The position numbers were made by a program, and so were the translations under genes. Of a stretch of 64,000 nucleotides of DNA, positions 60,046-64,000 are shown in pieces (the first letter of the stretch is position 1; every line of letters starts with the position of its first letter). Where the stretch lies: positions 248,001 to 312,000 of the forward strand of contig AP026152.1 of NCBI GenBank assembly GCA_030295235.1, read 5' to 3'. The notes under the pieces are model-generated. The model saw only the letters and a program-made list of their open reading frames with translations, was not told the DNA's origin and did not search any database. The DNA comes from Fistulifera solaris (taxonomy: Eukaryota).

Positions 60046-60864
60046 TCATAGGGGATCAATATCGGCCAGAATCCTTTGCAACTCGTCATCGTTCAGTTCT
60101 CCACCATTCGGTGGCAGCTCGTCATCGACACAGTCAAGCCGTTGGAATGCAATCTCATACGGATCCACTCGGTTACCCAGGTCATCACGAGGATGAGGCG
60201 GGTTCAGCCAGAACGATCCCGGCGTCGCAATATCGTCAATGGAGAAGTCCACAACCTCGCCCACCACCACATCCGCCAAGGTGTCGTTGTCGTGGGAGTC
60301 CAGTAAGAGTCGCACCACTCTCATTCCGGCCGCACGAGCCGCTCTCGTTTGATCCAAAGTGTGTGTCAGGACCACTGATCGCTGCGGCAACGGATGCCGT
60401 TCTGGTTCCAAATGTTGTCGTCTCGCAAATCCCGAGGATCCCCCAAATGCTTTGGGCTGAATCGTCAAGGCTTCGAGAGCCCGTAGTAAGTCCGTGGGGT
60501 TGGGAGGGAGTTGTGTTTCGGTTAAAACTACTTGGAGATCGCCACTGGGGAACGTCAGAATTTGTTGGATGCTGTCCTGTGTTGTTGAGTCGTCTTCTAC
60601 GAGCATAATCACGGCGGCGTCATCCGCTCGACATTGTTCGACGAGCTCATGCAGGCCGCTGCGCCAGGAAGAACGGGCGTCATTCCAAATTATGGGAGAT
60701 CCGTACAGTATTAATGCTTCAGGCAAATCGATGTTCCTGACCATCTCACGTACTATTTTTCTACATGGATGTGATCGTCGCACAAAGAAGGAACATGCCA
60801 TCGAAGCAAGACAACAAAATTGGAGTACTCGCCATCGATTTTTGCACGTTAGTGTTGAAATCAT
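60046..60864 (-). CDS. Uncharacterised protein, weakly HAD-like, possible bipartite plastid presequence
   Basis: 272-aa ORF; ..ASMACSFF presequence; PQRSVVL..RAARAAGMRVV resembles the HAD C-terminal motif but the catalytic Asp residues are not evident. Confidence 0.55.
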   Translation of the reverse strand: MISTLTCKNRWRVLQFCCLASMACSFFVRRSHPCRKIVREMVRNIDLPEALILYGSPIIWNDARSSWRSGLHELVEQCRADDAAVIMLVEDDSTTQDSIQQILTFPSGDLQVVLTETQLPPNPTDLLRALEALTIQPKAFGGSSGFARRQHLEPERHPLPQRSVVLTHTLDQTRAARAAGMRVVRLLLDSHDNDTLADVVVGEVVDFSIDDIATPGSFWLNPPHPRDDLGNRVDPYEIAFQRLDCVDDELPPNGGELNDDELQRILADIDPL

Positions 60865-61001
60865 TTTTATGATGCCTTCTACTTCTAGTGGATAAAGCTA
60901 AAAGTATTTTCTAGTCAATGATGCGCTTGTTCAAAGTTAACGAAGTCGAAATGTGGAACCATAAGCGCGTGACAGCGTGACAAGGCCATCGTGATGATAG
61001 C

Positions 61002-61048
61002 TAGAAAAAATACGGCGTAGCCGTATTTTTCCTGCCGTATTTTTTCTA
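61002..61048. mobile_element. 47-bp miniature TIR element with 9-bp target-site duplication
   Basis: Perfect 15-bp TIRs TAGAAAAAATACGGC (61002-61016) / GCCGTATTTTTTCTA (61034-61048), flanked by GATGATAGC at 60993-61001 and 61049-61057. Confidence 0.75.
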
Positions 61049-61390
61049 GATGATAGCGTCAACAATAGCAAGAAACGGTGTCTTCATTATTTGTGACTTG
61101 CAATTACTCCGTACAAAATTGTACATATCCTCCTTTTACTTAGAGGATGTTTGAAATTTTGAAGCATTGTAAATGTGTTTCCCGCCATTTCGCGAAAGAT
61201 TACTTAAGTCAGTATTTTCGAGATCTCACTCAATTGATTAAATACAAAATCTAAAAAGAGGCACTGACGCCGGCCGACCTCGTCGCCGAAACCAAGAAAA
61301 TCCAACAACTCATTTTTCGCGACAGCAATCTGCCTTTACAAAAGAGTAAGGCATCGTTTCAGTTTGTTCCTGTTATCTCCACCCATTACG

Positions 61391-62341
61391 ATGATTGCTA
61401 GGTCTGTTATTTTAGCCTTCCTGCTCGTGCTCGCCCAGTCAACGGCTATGCAGAATGTCATCGAGATCGCAAATTCGGGTGAATTTTCGGTTCTCAATAC
61501 TTTGCTTGAACACACTGCAGAACCAGAAGGCGAACCCTTTCTGCAAAGTATCTTTCAAGAAAATCGACCTCTTACGTTATTCTTTGCTCGCGATGCTGGA
61601 TTCTCCGAGTTAAAAGCTTCCCAGTATTTGGCCAAACTGATGCTTCCCTCCTATCGCATGCATCTTTATAGCTTGATGTCCTATCAAATTGCCGACCAGT
61701 CCATGAAAGAGGTTTTAGAACAGCCATCGAACCAAAACAAACGTTTCTCAACCCAGAATCTCTGTGGTGCGAACATTGTCATCTACAGAGAAACGGACAC
61801 TACTATCACCGTGGATATGGATAATAACGAAAGTCCAGCTGCCATGGGAAATCCGATACCCACAAGCGACAACGCCATGGTCGTTCCAACCGACAATGTT
61901 ATGTTCCCCGACTGGATCACGATGGATCTGTATGCTTTCATGTTAGAACACGATGCGTATACATCCATCAGCACCTTTACTACCTTTTCCTCCTTGTTGG
62001 TCGCTGGTAACATGGACGACACCGTGAGAGAAAGCACCGATCTGACGTTGTTTGCACCCGTCAACCAGGGCTTGTCCAATGATTTGGTGGAAGATCTATT
62101 GGAAAGACCCGACGCTCTGACCGACTTTTTGAAACATCACATGATGGCAGAAGTATTCAACGTGCGCGACTTGACGGAGGTGCAATTACTACATACCGTT
62201 CTGGGAGAATGCATCCTTGCCAATCCGACGGAAAAGCGCGGTGTACTTATTGGTGAATCACAACTGAAAGGATATCAGCTAGTGCGAGAAGGAGTTCTGT
62301 ACAAAATAAGTGATGCCTTGATTCCACCAACATGGCGATAA
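61391..62341 (+). CDS. Secreted fasciclin-domain protein (2 divergent FAS1)
   Basis: Signal peptide MIARSVILAFLLVLAQSTA, LTLFFARDAGF, LTLFAPVNQGL, FLKHHM, EGVLYKISDALIPP. Confidence 0.8.
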   Translation: MIARSVILAFLLVLAQSTAMQNVIEIANSGEFSVLNTLLEHTAEPEGEPFLQSIFQENRPLTLFFARDAGFSELKASQYLAKLMLPSYRMHLYSLMSYQIADQSMKEVLEQPSNQNKRFSTQNLCGANIVIYRETDTTITVDMDNNESPAAMGNPIPTSDNAMVVPTDNVMFPDWITMDLYAFMLEHDAYTSISTFTTFSSLLVAGNMDDTVRESTDLTLFAPVNQGLSNDLVEDLLERPDALTDFLKHHMMAEVFNVRDLTEVQLLHTVLGECILANPTEKRGVLIGESQLKGYQLVREGVLYKISDALIPPTWR

Positions 62342-62473
62342 ATAATGAATGATTCGAAGCATACGCAAACTACCACATTGGCGCTTCGAAAGCAGCCTTG
62401 GTATTAGCGAGTGTTTTATTAAATATAAACCCTTTTGATAACTTACACGCAATTTACTACGTTATTGCGGTTA

Positions 62474-62914
62474 CTAACCGCGAACCATGGCTTCCTTTTG
62501 CGTAAGACAAAGACCACACTTCGGATAAAGATTCAGTCCAACAAGAGACACTGCCACAGGAACTTCTTCGTTGCACGGGAAAGCACATGACATTACAGCA
62601 CAGCAAGCATGCAGCTGTCCGTTGATGATGCTACACCCATCACATTCGGACGTGCACCCGACGCAACAAAACGGAAAGAGAAGGGGGAGCGCCAGGTTTG
62701 CAACACAGTTCTGCGTTGCAACAGCAGATACCAGCCTAGAAAGTGAAGGGTGAGTCGAAATCGACGCATGTCCCAAACAAGCGAACCGCAAACCACTCAC
62801 TTTTCCCGAGCAACCCCAACAATCGCAAGTCGGGTAGACCGAAAGATTTACACAGCATAGTGCGCAACAGAGAATGACTTTCTCCTCATCGACGGCGTCG
62901 TCATGAATTTTCAT
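62474..62914 (-). CDS. Small Cys-rich protein (~124 aa, 23 Cys); intron 62736-62800, frameshift at G5 run near 62682
   Basis: MKIHDDAVDEEKVILCCALCC..WGCSGK|AGICCCNAELCCKPGAP..FCCVGC..HACCAVMSCAFPCNEEVP..YPKCGLC; GTGAGT donor, TAG acceptor. Confidence 0.72.
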   Translation of the reverse strand: MKIHDDAVDEEKVILCCALCCVNLSVYPTCDCWGCSGKVSGLRFACLGHASISTHPSLSRLVSAVATQNCVANLALPLLFPFCCVGCTSECDGCSIINGQLHACCAVMSCAFPCNEEVPVAVSLVGLNLYPKCGLCLTQKEAMVRG

Positions 62915-63124
62915 TGTCAAATGGTGCTTTCTACGATCGTTTGAATTCAATGGCTCAAATCCGAAACTCGTCAACTCGTTTTGTGAGAATCACAAACTTT
63001 CGAAGAAGAAAAAGTGAGACGGAGTATCTTCATGACACCATGATGTGTACCATCAGCCGGCTACACGTGTCGGACCGGTACCAATTAGCACAAGAATGAA
63101 TAATGAGGACTTGAATACTCCGTA

Positions 63125-63917
63125 CCATTCGAGGCAAATGAGTTTCCGAGTACTTTAAAATCTATAGGACACGATTACTGTATACATTAATGTCGTTTTA
63201 CGACAGAAATCGTATGCCGTTTCAAAATCGACCGATTTTTTCCTCCTCCGCACCACGATGATATCGCGGCGAAACCATGGTCTTTCGACGATGCACATTG
63301 GAGGCGTTTGTGGAGCTGCTTGTGAAGTTTTGCACCATTCAAACAAGCGAGAGCTGGTTGGTAGAATGGCGCAAAAGTTCACAAGGAGAAAAAAAGAGTG
63401 TGCCGAGTTTTTGGAGTTCTGTTTGGTCGCGCAAAACATGAGCTTCGACATGCATTTAAGGCGAGAAAGGTTCGTAAAGTACATCTCTCGTAACAAAACT
63501 TAAAGATAAGGTATATTATTGTAGAAGATATCTATTGATGAAAGAGTTATTAGAGAAAACCTTCATTTTGGCGTCGAAGGCTGAAGTCGTAGCGTTGGGA
63601 GGAAATTTTTTCCGTCCTCCGCAGTCGATCATTGATGTCCGCACTCCCCTGTTCGCAAGTGCCAATAATCTATCACTTTATCAAACGCTCCTATCTTGAC
63701 ATAATTATTCAATACTGGCACTTCTCGTCCATAAACAACTTCATTATGCATCGTCGAAAGACCATGGTTTTGCCGCGATATCATCGTGGTGCGGAGGAGG
63801 AAAAAATCGGTCGATTTTGAAACGGCATACGATTTCTGTCGTAAAACGACATTAATGTATACAGTAATCGTGTCCTATAGATTTTAAAGTACTCGGAAAC
63901 TCATTTGCCTCGAATGG
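63125..63917. mobile_element. Non-autonomous DNA transposon (MITE), 793 bp, long TIRs, TA target duplication (Tc1/mariner-like)
   Basis: 63123-63295 is the reverse complement of 63747-63919 (173 bp including the flanking TA) with one mismatch seen. Termini TA|CCATTCGAGG...CCTCGAATGG|TA. No transposase-sized ORF inside. Confidence 0.9.
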
Positions 63918-64000
63918 TAATTGGTAATACTAATACCTGCAAGACTAAGCTGTGCACTTTCGACTTCCAGAAAGAAAGTTGCTATATATTTCCATCTTGG

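Noticed and set aside
63258..63503. 81-aa ORF inside the MITE as a transposase remnant
   Set aside because: Begins within the TIR and shows no HTH or DDE/D motif.

Overview
Eukaryotic nuclear DNA, very probably from a diatom. Evidence: short (mostly 60-77 nt) GT-AG introns, compact intergenic spacing, ASAF-like bipartite plastid presequences, and RxL-type secreted Pro-rich proteins. About 27 protein-coding loci: Rab GGTase beta, plastid FabF, a CBS-NhaD antiporter, a RluA-type pseudouridine synthase, a stand-alone glutamine-dependent CPS, mitochondrial ATP synthase epsilon (absent from the ORF track), an APE2-like endonuclease, a P450, a METTL21-like methyltransferase, a BAR-like/GRAM/VASt protein, TPP2, two proteinase-K-type subtilases, TRAPPC8, NUP85, an AspH-like oxygenase, RPS9, a GT47-like glycosyltransferase, two fasciclin proteins and several uncharacterised genes. 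There is one tRNA-Ile(AAT) and three non-autonomous inverted-repeat elements. Roughly 20 single-base frameshifts, most at homopolymer runs, split conserved genes and are best read as assembly errors, so gene models are reconstructed across them. Most interesting: a putative new deubiquitinase-like protein (USP8/AMSH-type N-terminal domain plus a Gln/Cys/His/Asp papain-like domain), a 793-bp MITE with 173-bp TIRs, a 47-bp TIR element with a 9-bp TSD, a possibly domesticated Harbinger-transposase fragment, and the CBS-NhaD and BAR-GRAM-VASt fusions. All family assignments come from motif recognition by eye; no searches were run.
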